Below are positions 1 through 11,865 of a DNA stretch of 64,000 bases, one piece after another. The position numbers and the translations under genes are program-made. This DNA comes from Macrostomum lignano (lineage: Eukaryota). Each line of letters opens with the position of its first letter. The stretch's first letter is position 1. The notes beneath the pieces are model-generated. The model was not told the DNA's origin. It saw only the letters and a list, made by a program, of their open reading frames with translations, and searched no databases. The DNA is taken from assembly GCA_002269645.1 (NCBI GenBank), contig NIVC01003221.1, positions 10,726 through 74,725 of the forward strand, written 5' to 3'.

Positions 1-118
1 ATACAAGTACAGATACAGGTGCAAATGCAGATACAGATACAGATACAGATGCAAATACAAGTACAGATACAGATACAGATGCAAATACAAGTACAGATAC
101 AGATACCGGTGCAAATGC
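1..118. repeat. Tandem repeat built on 6-bp ATACAG-like units (~30-bp higher unit ATACAAGTACAGATACAGATACAGATGCAA), truncated by window start
   Basis: Directly visible periodicity; the QI/QV dipeptide ORF 19..384 is its translation. Confidence 0.9.
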
Positions 119-312
119 AGGTAGTTACGCTCGTATCAACTTTCCCAGTCGCCAGTGTATTACAAGAATCGCATTTTGCAAGTTATTGTATTCGAATACA
201 CAAAATTGAGCTTTATAACAGTAGCAAATATGTAATGCAAAATCCAGCTCATCCCTTCAGTCTTTTGGAATTATCAACCTTAGAAATCGGCATCTATGAG
301 CCGCTCTCTTAC

Positions 313-560
313 GAGCTATTAAGCGCCGCCCTCAAAGCCGGAGAAGTTTGCAAATATTGCAGAATATTTTTCGTTATGGGTTGAAACCCGCCGGGACCGC
401 ACGGGTCGCTAAACGAGTTGGTTGTTGAACTCCTCTGCACAGTGACGTAACAGTTCGTGTCGCCGGTGGGACAGTGAAACCCCATCGGGTCGCCAGCTGC
501 CGCTCCTACTAGAGACACCAGCAACAGTTGCAGTGCCAGCGAAACAGCTCCGCTAGCCAT
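313..560 (-). CDS. First coding exon of a putative secreted protein (signal peptide MASGAVSLALQLLLVSLVGAAAG); remaining exons probably left of the window; family uncertain
   Basis: ATG at 560; hydrophobic N-terminus ending in AxA-type residues; three Cys; strong donor TC|GTAAGA at 313/312 just before the in-frame TAA; upstream acceptor TTTTTTCAG| at 608/607. Confidence 0.6.
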
Positions 561-577
561 GGATGTTGGTTCAGTTT

Positions 578-2133
578 TTATAACTCGATTTGGTCAGAAA
601 ATTGTACCTGAAAAAATTGGAAAGCAATTTGAAACTTTTTGGCACATTTGACACAAGCTCCGTAAATCGTTTTGACGTTTGTAGCACATTGTTCTATCAC
701 TGTAACACATACTTCCACCACTGTAGCACATTGTTCTATCACTGTAACACATACTTCCACCACTGTAGTACATTGTTCTATCACTGTAACACATACTTCC
801 ACCACTGTAGCACATTGTTCTATCACTGTAACACATACTTCCACCACTGTAGTACATTGTTCTATCACTGTAACACATACTTCCACCACTGTAGTACATT
901 GTTCTATCACTGTAACACATACTTCTAGCACAACAACACATACTTCCACCACTGCAATACATATTTCCACCACTGCAACACATACTTCCACCACTGCAAC
1001 ACATACTTCCACCACTGCAACACATACTTCCACCACTGCAACACATACTTCCAGCACAGCAACACATACTTCCACCACTGTAACACGTAGTTCTACACTG
1101 TAACACATACTTCCACCACTGCAACACATACTTCCACCACTGCAACACATACTTCCACCACTGCAACACATACTTCCACCACTGCAACACATACTTCCAC
1201 CACTGCAACACATACTTCCAGCACAGCAACACATACTTCCACCACTGTAACACGTAGTTCTACACTGTAACACATACTTCCACTACTGCAATACATATTT
1301 CCACCACTGCAACACATACTTTCAACACTGCAACACATACTTCCAGCACAGCAACACATACTTCCACCACTGTAACACAAACTTCCACCACTGCAATACA
1401 TATTTCCACCACTGCAACACATACTTCCACCACTGCAACACATACTTCCACTACTGCAACACATACTTCCAGCACTGCAACACATACTTCCACCACTGTA
1501 ACACAAACTTCCACCACTGCAATACATATTTCCACCACTGCAACACATACTTCCACCACTGCAACACATACTTCCACCACTGCAACACATACTTCCAGCA
1601 CAGCAACACATACTTCCACTACTGCAACACATGCTTCCACCACTGCAACACATACTTCCACCACTGCAACACATACTTCCACCACTGCAACACATACTTC
1701 CAGCACAACAACACATGCTTCCACCACTGCAGCACATACTTCCAGCACAACAACACATGCTTCCACCACTGCAGCACATACTTCCAGCACAACAACACAT
1801 ACTTCCACCACTGCAACACATACTTCCACCACTGCAACACATACTTCCACTACTGCAACACATACTTCCACCACTGCAACACACACTTCCAGCACTGCAA
1901 TACATACTTGTAACCATTTTAGTAACCATTGCATTATTGGGGATATTATATCGATATTTAAACTTACTTGCGGATGCCAGCCAATTTGTAAGTTCCAAGC
2001 AAATAAAGCTTCTTCTCCTCTGCAGGAAAAGTGGAGAGAATCCTTCCACAGCTCTTCTACAGGCTACTGTGTCTATTTACCTCTCGACGGACCGCAGCTT
2101 TGGGTTGATTGGTTGCCAATGGTGACCGGGCAT
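578..2133 (-). other. Spliced upstream exons (..2081, 2019-1968, 607..) carrying a 44-aa uORF or small upstream cistron that ends just before the secreted-protein ATG
   Basis: Donors GAG|GTAAAT (2081/2080) and CAA|GTAAGT (1968/1967); acceptors TTTTCCTGCAG| (2020/2019) and TTTTTTCAG| (608/607). Spliced frame from ATG 2133 reads MPGHHWQPINPKLRSVERGEEALFAWNLQIGWHPQVQFSDQIEL*. Confidence 0.4.
690..1905. repeat. Intronic minisatellite: 42-bp dimeric unit (690-930) grading into 21-bp unit CACTGCAACACATACTTCCAC
   Basis: Visible periodicity; fills the 608-1967 intron; explains ORFs 578..1273, 594..1253, 672..1103, 1093..2049, 1260..1934. Confidence 0.95.
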
Positions 2134-3163
2134 GCCGGGTTGGCTTTGCAGCTTGGATAGAGCTTAAGTTAGAGCTGCTGGAGCTTTGGGTGTGCTGTGT
2201 CTAACAAGTGTTGTGGGGTGGAAGAAGCCTCTACAAGCGGGAGGGCCATTTTTTCCCTGGGAATTTTCCACTTTTCATGCAAAAGATGAACCGCTAATTT
2301 ATCAGGTCTTGCGAGCAATCTCTCCAAAAAATTTTAACAAAAAAATTTTGTTTATGTTCAACTACACCTTTAAATTTTGAATGCATGGCCAGTCCAGACG
2401 TCAAACTTAAGGCGTCCTTAACTAAGAGAAGGTGAAACAATTAAAGAGGAATTTACTTGCTAAAAAATAGCGAGAATCCGACAATGCTAAGTTGCTAAGA
2501 GGCCTTCGAATTCAGGGTGGGAATAAGGACTGCGTGTAACAAATAACTGCTCAGGATACTGCAGGATAGCAGAGTACATGGCAGTGTCAGAATACATGTA
2601 CGAAAGACAGAACTGCCTGAATAGTTTTTCTCAAGGAGTTTCGCTGGGGGCTTCACCCTCCCTCTGGTGAATGCATTGTATTCAGGCTTGTCTTTGCATC
2701 AACACTGCTCAGAACTCAGACATCCATGGCATAGAAGACAAAAGCTATACCTAGCTAAAGAAGTCTCCATTGAGGACAAATGCAGTTTAAGCAGTAGCTC
2801 AGCCCTGTCACTCAAGCTATAATTCCTAATTGCATCTTTGGACAGAATCGTTTCTAGCATCAAAAGTAGCTACTGGACCTATTGAAATAGATGTTCCGCT
2901 TTTCTCTACTTAAAGTAGTCAAACTTGACTAAAACTGGCCTTAAACCATGGAGCCACAGCGGCCGTTCAGCCAATGAAAATTAAGTAGCAAGTATCGATT
3001 ATTCCGTTGTTACATTATATAGACGTCTCAGTCTTGAGATCAGGACTCCAAATTTGACAATCTACCAGACTGGAACGTTGAGACATCAGGCCATCCTGTC
3101 GGATCCCTCAAAGCCTGAGTGGCAGCCGCCGATGCCGCTCTGACTGATGGCCAGCGCTGCGGC

Positions 3164-6100
3164 ATGGGCAGGCGGATTCAGTGCATCGGCAAGTACGCCA
3201 TGTGCGGCCACACTCTTGGCAAAGGCAGCTTTGCTCGAGTTGAATTGGCGGTGCACGATGTCACTAAGTGCAAGGTGAGCTTGTTTCTGATGCACAGGGT
3301 TACTATTGTGCTTCGAATGCTTGTTATTTTGAAGTTGTTAGCTGCATGTGTCCCGAGGGTGAGTCAAGTAGCTTTGGTCAACTGAAGAACCCGAGGGTTG
3401 AGTAGCTATGGTCAACTGAAGAACCCGAGGGTTGAGTAGCTTTGGTCAACTGAAGAACCCGAGGGTTGAGTAGCTTTGGTCAACTGAAGAACCCGAGGGT
3501 TGAGTAGCTTTGGTCAAATGAAGAACCCGAGGGTTGAGTAGCTTTGGTCAACTGAGGAACCCGAGGGTTGAGTAGCTTTGGTCAACTGAGAGAACCCAAG
3601 GTTGAGTAGCTTTGGTCAGCTGAAGAACCCAAGGTTGAGTAGCTTTGGTCAACTGAGAGAACCCAAGGTTGAGTAGCTTTGGTCAAATGAAGAACCCGAG
3701 GGTTGAGTAGCTTTGGTCAACTGAAGAACCCGAGGGTTGAGTAGCTTTGGTCAACTGAAGAACCCGAGGGTTGAGTAGCTTTGGTCAACTGAAGAACCCG
3801 AGGGTTGAGTAGCTTTGGTCAACTGAAGAACCCGAGGGTTGAGTAGCTTTGGTCAACTGAAGAACCCAAGGTTGAGTAGCTTTGGTCAGCTGAAGAACCC
3901 AAGGTTGAGTAGCTTTGGTCAGCTGGAGAACCCAAGGTTGAGTAGCTTTGGTCAGCTGAAGAACCCAAGGTTGAGTAGCTTTGGTCAACTGAGAGAACCC
4001 AAGGTTGAGTAGCTTTGGTCAACTGAGAGAACCCAAGGTTGAGTAGCTTTGGTCAAATGAAGAACCCGAGGGTTGAGTAGCTTTGGTCAACTGAGAGAAC
4101 CCGAGGGTTGAGTAGCTTTGGTCAACTGAGAGAACCCGAGGGTTGAGTAGCTTTGGTCAGCTGAAGAACCCGAGGGTTGAGTAGCTTTGGTCAGCTGAAG
4201 AACCCCAAAAGGTTGAGACAATCGTACAAAAGACAATAGGATGGATAACACATCTGATACAAGAAGGAATTAAGCATTGCATTCTAGGCTCAGTGCGCCA
4301 CCTGTTCAACAACTGTAAGTGTCCAGGAAATGGCAGCGTGCAAAAGTGTAATTAGTGCGCCAGTCAGCAGCCAAGTGATTAGACACCCGTGCCTGAAACT
4401 CTCCTCCATCGCTCGCTCTGCTCATAGTTGGGAACTTATCGAAGGGTCTCATGGGAAATCAGGGGAGGGTAGAGCATATCAGACCAGGGAGGTCACATCC
4501 CCTCACTGTGACCCCTTGGGGACCAGGAATTAGTTTGGAAAACAGATCCCAATCATCTCCGAGAGCCAATGTAGCTGACAAATACACGAAATTCTTTTTG
4601 GCAAAGTGGAAAAGTTGTTAATGAAAATGACTTCGCAGCGGCAGGGTGTATAACTTTTCGGTTGATGCGACTGCGAAGCCGAACTGATGAAAGGACACAT
4701 TTATCGATCGAATATTTCCCACAAAACTCTATTTTGACTTAAATTTACCGTTTTTCCTCAATCCTCAAGGTGGCTGTAAAAATAATCGACACGAAAAAAA
4801 TTAGTGACGACTACGTGCGAAACAATTTGTGCAGGGAGGCGCGGATCCTCTCCCAGTTGCGCCATCCCAATATAATTCGTTATTTTGAATCGCTCAAGGT
4901 AAGTTTTAAAACTCTATTAGTTATTTAGTACAAGTTAATAAGAGCGATCGATAAAACCCTTGCTTAGCTCCCATTGGCTGGCTCGAACGCGTACAATCGC
5001 GCCGCACATTGCACATTGCTCCCCCCGCCGGACCCACCACCTCACTCCTTGCTTCAAATTTTACAAGATTCGCTATACTTTACAACTTTAATGACAAAAG
5101 ACTAAACAAAGACTAGACAAGAGATTTGCTTTTGCACAACGTTGCTCGTACAAGGAGCTTTACCGAGGAAAAATCTGTCTCGGAACTTTACACAACTTGA
5201 GAGTACTACAATGTCATTCTACTCATAATCTAGTTAATCATAGATCATGTGGGTCGTCAAACTCCGGCCGCAAGTGGCCAGCAGAGCCTCTCTCTATCCG
5301 GCCCTCGGGTCCTCTGAAACTTCACAATAGCAATCCGGCCCGCTTGCGTCTCTTCTCAGCTCTCCTCTCCTCTCCTCTCCTTTCCTCTCCTCTACTCTCC
5401 TCTACTCTCCTCTCCTCTCCTCTACTCTACTCTACTCTACTCTCCTCTCCTCTCCTCTCCTCTCCTCTCCTCTCCTCTCCTCTCCTCTCCTCTCCTCTCC
5501 TCTCCTCTCCTCTCCTCTCCTCTCCTCTCCTCTCCTCTCCTCTCCTCTCCTCTCCTCTCCTCTCCTCTCCTCTCCTCTCCTCTCCTCTCCTCTCCTCTCC
5601 TCTCCTCTCCTCTCCCCTAGTTTGCCGACAGCTGCCATAAATGTTAAACATCACTTTTTAAACATAGATATGTTTATAATAATAACTGATTACCCCTGCC
5701 CTGATGGACAAATGTGCAACAAATGTACGGCGCATCTAAAGGCTGCGTACGGCTGTTCAGTCCAAGGACTGGGGGGGGGGGTAAATGCTGGCACCCATTT
5801 TACGCACAGGAATTAACCTGTGCAACTGTTCTCTCAACTGTAGGCGGGCACATTCTACTGTCTGGTATCCGAGATGGCTGGCGGTGGCACAATCACCAGC
5901 TTCATGAAAGGTTTCAAGGACAACCGGCTGCCGGAACACTTGGCTAGAAACTTTTTCCGCCAGATGGTATCGGCTCTGCACTACATGCACGAACGCGGCG
6001 TTGTGCACCGGTTTGCGAATTTTTTTTACAACTTGTCGATTTCGGCACCAATTTAAATGCGTCGCAAATCAAATCCAGTCGTAGCTCTCAATTTGCTGCT

Positions 6101-7790
6101 AATTTTTCAGAGACTTAAAAATGGAAAATATTCTGCTAGACGAAAAGCGAAGAAACGTAAAAATATGCGGTAACTGTCGTCCGTTGGCTGATCTTTAACT
6201 TTTAACCTACTGAAATATAAATAACAGATTTTTTTTAACCATTTTTTGGTTTGGTTTTTAAAACTTAGGCGTAGAAATCAGCTCTCTTTTTACGTGGTAA
6301 ATTAAAAATCTTCTCAAACTGACCTGCTCAGATTTCGGCTTGAGCAACATATTCGACCAGAATCGTCAACTGAGAACTCATTGCGGCTCCCCGGAGTACG
6401 CCGCGCCTGAGCTGTTCTCAGAGGACGCCATGTACGGACCGGAGGTGGACCTGTGGAGTCTGTAGGTGCAACGATTACTTTTTTGTTATGTATAAATATA
6501 ACTTGACAGCTGGTGAATCAGCTCTCGTTCTCTGCTTCTCGTCTCCTTGAACTCTTTGCTGGCTCTTCTAACTACTCAATCTCTTTTCTCCCTCCCCAAC
6601 TTTCCTTCACTACCTCCTCTACTCGAATTCTCCCTCTCTACCTCCTCTACTCGAATTCTCCCTCTCTACCTCCTCTACTCCATTTCTCCCTGTCTACCTC
6701 CTCTACTCCATTTCTCCCTGTCTACCTCCTCTACTCCATTTCTCCCTGTCTACCTCCTCTACTCCATTTCTCCCTGTCTACCTCCTCTACTCCATTTCTC
6801 CCTGTCTACCTCCTCTACTCCATTTCTCCCTGTCTACCTCCTCTACTCCAATTCTTACTCTCTACCTCCTCTACTCCAATTCTCCCTCACTAACTCTCCC
6901 TGCCCACCTCTCCCTCTCTATCTCTCCATCTCCCTCTCCACCTCTCCATATCTACCTCCTCTACTCCAACTCTCTTGTCTCTCTCCAACTCTGCCTCTCT
7001 AACTCTTCGTCTTCAACTTTCGCTAGATAAGACAGTTACTTTGGCCAGAAACAACCTCTTGACATGCTTCCTCAATCCCCTTTTTCAGAGGCATCATCTT
7101 GTTCACCTCAACAGTCGGCCACCTGCCATTCAACTCGCCCTATCACGATCACAATCGGAACAAGAGGCTGATTGGCCTCATCCGACAGGGACTGCAGACC
7201 AGGCACTACCAGGACATGGCGCACCTAACTGCTGGTGCGACCTACTTCAGTATCTTCTGTTGTTGGGATCTTGGGTGGGTCGGAAAAAATTCCAGTGAGA
7301 TTGGGTCAGATAAATAGGTCGTAGCCTTAATGGTTTTTAATCGGTCAAGATGCGTCAAGGTAGGTCAAAATAAATATAAAGATGTCATAATGGCTCCAAA
7401 TGGGCGTGAGTCAAGATTGAATGGGTCATGATGAGTCAGGATTGTCAATGAGTCGAGATGGGTCACAATGAGTCAATATGGTCACAATGGGTCAATATGG
7501 TCACAATTAGTCTAGAAGAGTCACTATTAGTCAATATGGATCAAAATTTGAGTCAAGCTGGCTCACAATGAGCCAATATGGGTCACAATGAGTCAAGCTG
7601 GGTCACAGGAATATTGCCAAAACAATTCTTTGCAGACCTTCAAAGCCTGATTCGCCAGCTGGTGGAGCCAAGTCCTAACTTACGACTGCCTCTGTGCGAG
7701 ATCCCCAAGCAGAGCTGGGTAACCAAGGGCAACCGGATACCCTTCGCATTCTACTTGGGGCAACCCAAAGACCCGGCGCTCAGAACGGAA
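3164..7790 (+). CDS. Ser/Thr protein kinase, CAMKL family (HUNK/MARK-like), catalytic-domain exons 1-7
   Basis: Exons 3164-3274, 4770-4898, 5844-6010, 6111-6169, 6332-6461, 7089-7234, 7636-7790, all GT-AG and phase-consistent. Motifs [68 protein letters not shown] are intact. Confidence 0.93.
3352..4204. repeat. 34-bp minisatellite GAAGAACCCGAGGGTTGAGTAGCTTTGGTCAACT, ~25 copies, kinase intron 1
   Basis: Visible periodicity. Confidence 0.95.
5361..5618. repeat. (CTCCT)n pentanucleotide microsatellite, kinase intron 2
   Basis: Visible; gives the LLSSP and RGEER pseudo-ORFs. Confidence 0.95.
6610..6990. repeat. 28-bp pyrimidine-rich minisatellite TCTACCTCCTCTACTCCATTTCTCCCTG, kinase intron 5
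   Basis: Unit spacing 28 (e.g. 6665, 6693). Confidence 0.9.
7420..7610. repeat. Degenerate ~20-bp repeat (GGGTCACAATGAGTCAATAT-like), kinase intron 6
   Basis: Recurrent GGTCACAAT/GAGTCAA words. Confidence 0.7.
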
Positions 7791-8231
7791 GTGAGTAGTA
7801 GTCTTTGTTTCATTTGCATCTCATGTTTTGAAGGAAATATGATTTCATTTTCACATTTTCAAGTGCGTAAGAAGCCGCAATCTATTTGTGATGAAAGTCG
7901 CGGAGATGAGGCAACTAACAAAATTAACGAAACAGCTTGCGTTTTAAGCGCTTATATTTGGATAGCTTAGGCATTCGTTTTGTTTAACCGCAAGCATGTC
8001 ACAACTACCATCAATGTAAATTTTAATCCTTACAATTCGATCGAATCACCTTGTAAATAAAAATTGCAGTTGCAGTGCACAAATGGAAACAGTGACAGCA
8101 GCTTTGCGAGCGACAGCAGCAGCGACAGCACCCCTCAGAATGATCTGTCTTTGAGCTCATCAGTGCGCTGTCAGCCTGGTAGCTGCTGCCAGGATGACTC
8201 TGTGCGTGTCACGGTTCTGACCGGTTTGGGT

Positions 8232-8927
8232 AGTCAGTCAGTCAGTCAGTCAGTCAGTCAGTCAGTCAGTCAGTCAGTCAGTCAGTCAGTCAGTCAGTCA
8301 GTCAGTCAGTCAGTCAGTCAGTCAGTCAGTCAGTCGGTCAGTCGGTCAGTCAGTCAGTCAGTCAGTCAGTCAGTCAGTCAGTCAGTCAGTCAGTCACCCA
8401 CTCCCTCAAGTCAGTCAGTCAGTCAGTCAGTCAGTCAGTCAGTCAGTCAGTCAGTCAGTCAGTCAGTCAGTCAGTCAGTCACCCACTCACTCAAGTCAGT
8501 CAGTCAGTCACCCACTCCCTCAAGTCAGTCAGTCAGTCAGTCAGTCAGTCAGTCAGTCAGTCAGTCAGTCAGTCAGTCAGTCACCCACTCACTCAAGTCA
8601 GTCAGTCAGTCAGTCAGTCAGTCAGTCAGTCAGTCAGTCAATCAGTCAGTCAGTCAGTCAGTCAGTCAGTCAGTCAGTCAGTCAGTCAGTCAGTCACCCA
8701 CTCACTCAAGTCAGTCAGTCAGTCAGTCAGTCAGTCAGTCAGTCAGTCAGTCAGTCAGTCAGTCAGTCAGTCAGTCAGTCAGTCAGTCAGTCAGTCAGTC
8801 AGTCAGTCAGTCAGTCAGTCACCCACTCACTCAAGTCAGTCAGTCAGTCAGTCAGTCAGTCAGTCAGTCAGTCAGTCAGTCAGTCAGTCAGTCAGTCAGT
8901 CAGTCAGTCAGTCAGTCGGTCAGTCAG
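8232..8927. repeat. (AGTC)n microsatellite with CACCCACTC(A/C)CTCA interruptions
   Basis: Visible; gives the SQSV pseudo-ORF 8064..9050. Confidence 0.95.
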
Positions 8928-9709
8928 TATATAAAAAACAAAAGCACACCACAGGACAGCGTCAAAGAAGCAGAAGTCCGTTTGCCTTCTGACTCTCAGC
9001 AGCATCCGCCAAGCGCCCCATCAGCCAGCAGGCGCAGCCGGTCGCCCTAAACTTTCCAAAACGCTGTCCACTTCTCCACACTCCCCCAAAAGATGATTGG
9101 AAAGATTATCGCCAGCTGCCTCTAACCCCATCTCTCTCTTAGAAGCAGAAATCCTGACCAAGACTGTGAGAACCATGGGCGGGCGGGCTGGAAGCACTTC
9201 AGCCTAAACCTTCTCGACTCAACCCTTCGACTCTCTGCCTCCCGCCTCCTCTCTCTGGCGCCTCCTCCCATGGGCAATTCCAAGTCGTTAATTCCCAGGC
9301 AAGGCTAAATATCCATTGCTAGGAGGAATACCAGCTCCTATACAATATGGTGCCTTGCTGCACTCTCACATTTAGACTCGACTGAAGTCCCTCAAGCAGT
9401 CTATCGATTTTTTGTTGGAAATAAAACCCAAAAAAATCGTTTCCATATCGAGATTTAATCAACATCTGCAGTTGCTATGGTTGAATATAGCAATCCATGT
9501 CGCATGGGGGGGCAGTGCTCAGGGCTCAGTAAGCTGGATAAAATGATGCAGTACAGATGCTGACTGCAAATATGTTGGGGCAGCGCTTAATAAGTGTTGA
9601 ATTTCGAATAATTATCAACGAAATTCTAAACTGCCCCGTGCCGCAGCTCTTGTAGGTCTGCCTGTTCAAGTATATTAGAGGCTACTAGGCTACTAATAGA
9701 CTACAGACA

Positions 9710-10190
9710 CTATCCCATACACTACCACAAACACTATCGCAGACAACTACTACAAACACCACGACAGACACTAACAAATAAACTAAAAACTACCATAGAA
9801 ACTACCACATAAACTAAAAACTACCACAGACACTAACACATAAACTAAAAACTACCACAGACACTAACACATAAACTAAAAACTACCACAGACACTACCA
9901 CATAAACTAAAAACTACCACAGACACTACCACATAAAATAAAAACTACCACAGACACTAACACATAAACTAAAAACTACCACAGACACTACCACATAAAC
10001 TAAAAACTACCACAGACACTACCACATAAAATAAAAACTACCACAAATACTACCACATAATCTAAAAACTACCACAGACACTACCACAGGCACTACCGCA
10101 GACACTACCACAGACACCACCACAGGCACTACCACAGACACTACCACAGGCTCTACCACAGACACAAAAAACTACCACAGACTCTAGCTA
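9710..10190. repeat. 31-bp / 12-bp ACTACCACAGAC-based minisatellite
   Basis: Visible periodicity of ACTACCACA words. Confidence 0.9.
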
Positions 10191-10552
10191 CTAAAAAAAT
10201 TAGAAGACAAAAACGTTAAAGACGAAAAGAATTGAGTAGAACTGAGCCATGAGCGCAAAGGCAACTGTTCCACTTAGAACGGGTTCGACTGGCCCCTCCA
10301 GCCGTCCCCTTAGCGAGTACAGTAGAATTCGGGGCTACACTGGCCTAATCCTGATGCAGATCAGATTTCGGAATAGGGCTAGCTGAGCAGAGAGGCTGGG
10401 ACGGCCGCCTCGCGCATTCCTCATCGCAGATGGTACAGGCGGTGGGTCAACTCCAGCATATAACACTGCTGTATTCGGATGAAAAATTCAGATTATGATG
10501 GCATTGATTATAGAGGCTGCTGAGCTGATCTGTACTGCGTCCGGAATTCGTT

Positions 10553-11428
10553 GTGTCCACATCTAGAGACCGGGGTGTCCACATCTAGAAACCTGGGTGT
10601 CCACATCTAGAAACCTGGGTGTCCACATCTAGAAACCTGGGTGTCCACATCTAGAGACCGGGGTGTCCACATCTAGAAACCTGGGTGTCCACATCTAGAA
10701 ACCTGGGTGTCCACATCTAGAGACCGGGGTGTCCACATCTAGAAACCTGGGTGTCCACATCTAGAAACCTGGGTGTCCACATCTAGAAACCTGGGTGTCC
10801 ACATCTAGAGACCGGGGTGTCCACATCTAGAGACCGGGGTGTCCACATCTAGAAACCTGGGTGTCCACATCTAGAAACCTGGGTGTCCACATCTAGAAAC
10901 CTGGGTGTCCACATCTAGAAAACTGAGGTGTCCACATCTAGAAACCTGAGGTGTCCACATCTAGAGACCGGGGTTTCCACATCTAGAAACCTGGGTGTCC
11001 ACATCTAGAAACCTGGGTGTCCACATCTAGAAACCTGGGTGTCCACATCTAGAAAACTGAGGTGTCCACATCTAGAAAACTGAGGTGTCCACATCTAGAA
11101 ACCTGAGGTGTCCACATCTAGAAACCTGAGGTGTCCACATCTAGAAACCTGGCTGTCCACATCTAGAAACCAGGGTGTCCACATCTAGAAACCGGGGTGT
11201 TCACATCTAGAAACCTGTGTCCACATCTAGAAACCTGGGTGTCCACATCTAGAGACCGGGGTGTCCACATCTAGAAACCAGGGTGTCCACATCTAAAAAC
11301 CTGGGTGTCCACATCTAGAAACCTGGGTGTCCACATCTAGAAACCTAGGTATCCACATCTAGAAACCTGAGATGTCCACATCTAGAAACTGGGGTGTCCA
11401 CATCTAGAATCCTGAGGTGTCCCCATCT
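10553..11428. repeat. 22-bp minisatellite GTGTCCACATCTAGAAACCTGG, ~40 copies
   Basis: Visible periodicity; nearly every unit contains the TCTAGA palindrome. Confidence 0.95.
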
Positions 11429-11865
11429 ATAAATTTAAACCATTAAACCATTCACTAATCACTTGCATGTTCTTCATTATGGAACTATAAATAGAAAATT
11501 TATTTTATGCTTAAGTTTCGATATTAATCATTGATAGCATCATTATAATTAACATCATTTACTTGTCGTGCGCAAACTTCGAGCTCGAAAAAAACCTATA
11601 AAAAATCGATATTCGATATTATTATTTATGAGAGAACATAGTCGAATATGCCAACGTCCGTCGCGTCTTCACCGCGCAGTGGGCGGTTTGCGGACACCCG
11701 GGTCACGCTCGGAAGCACCGACCGAGCGACTTGCAGGCCGACTCCGCCTTCGGAGGCAGCTCAGATCTGCAGTTGGAGAGCCAGGTTAGCGAGTTATGAG
11801 TTCACTTTGATTGGGTCCTGCTTAGATACGGAGCTTTACTCGTAAGTAATGGGGGTCTATTGAGA

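Noticed and set aside
3352-4204. Hammerhead-ribozyme-like CTGAAGA plus small hairpin in the 34-bp unit (satellite hammerheads occur in schistosomes)
   Set aside because: The required GAAA after stem II is absent (TGAGT instead). Other CTGATGA sites I checked also lack the core.
9577-9637. tRNA gene
   Set aside because: It has a 7-bp outer stem but no D-arm or T-arm consensus and no GTTC motif.
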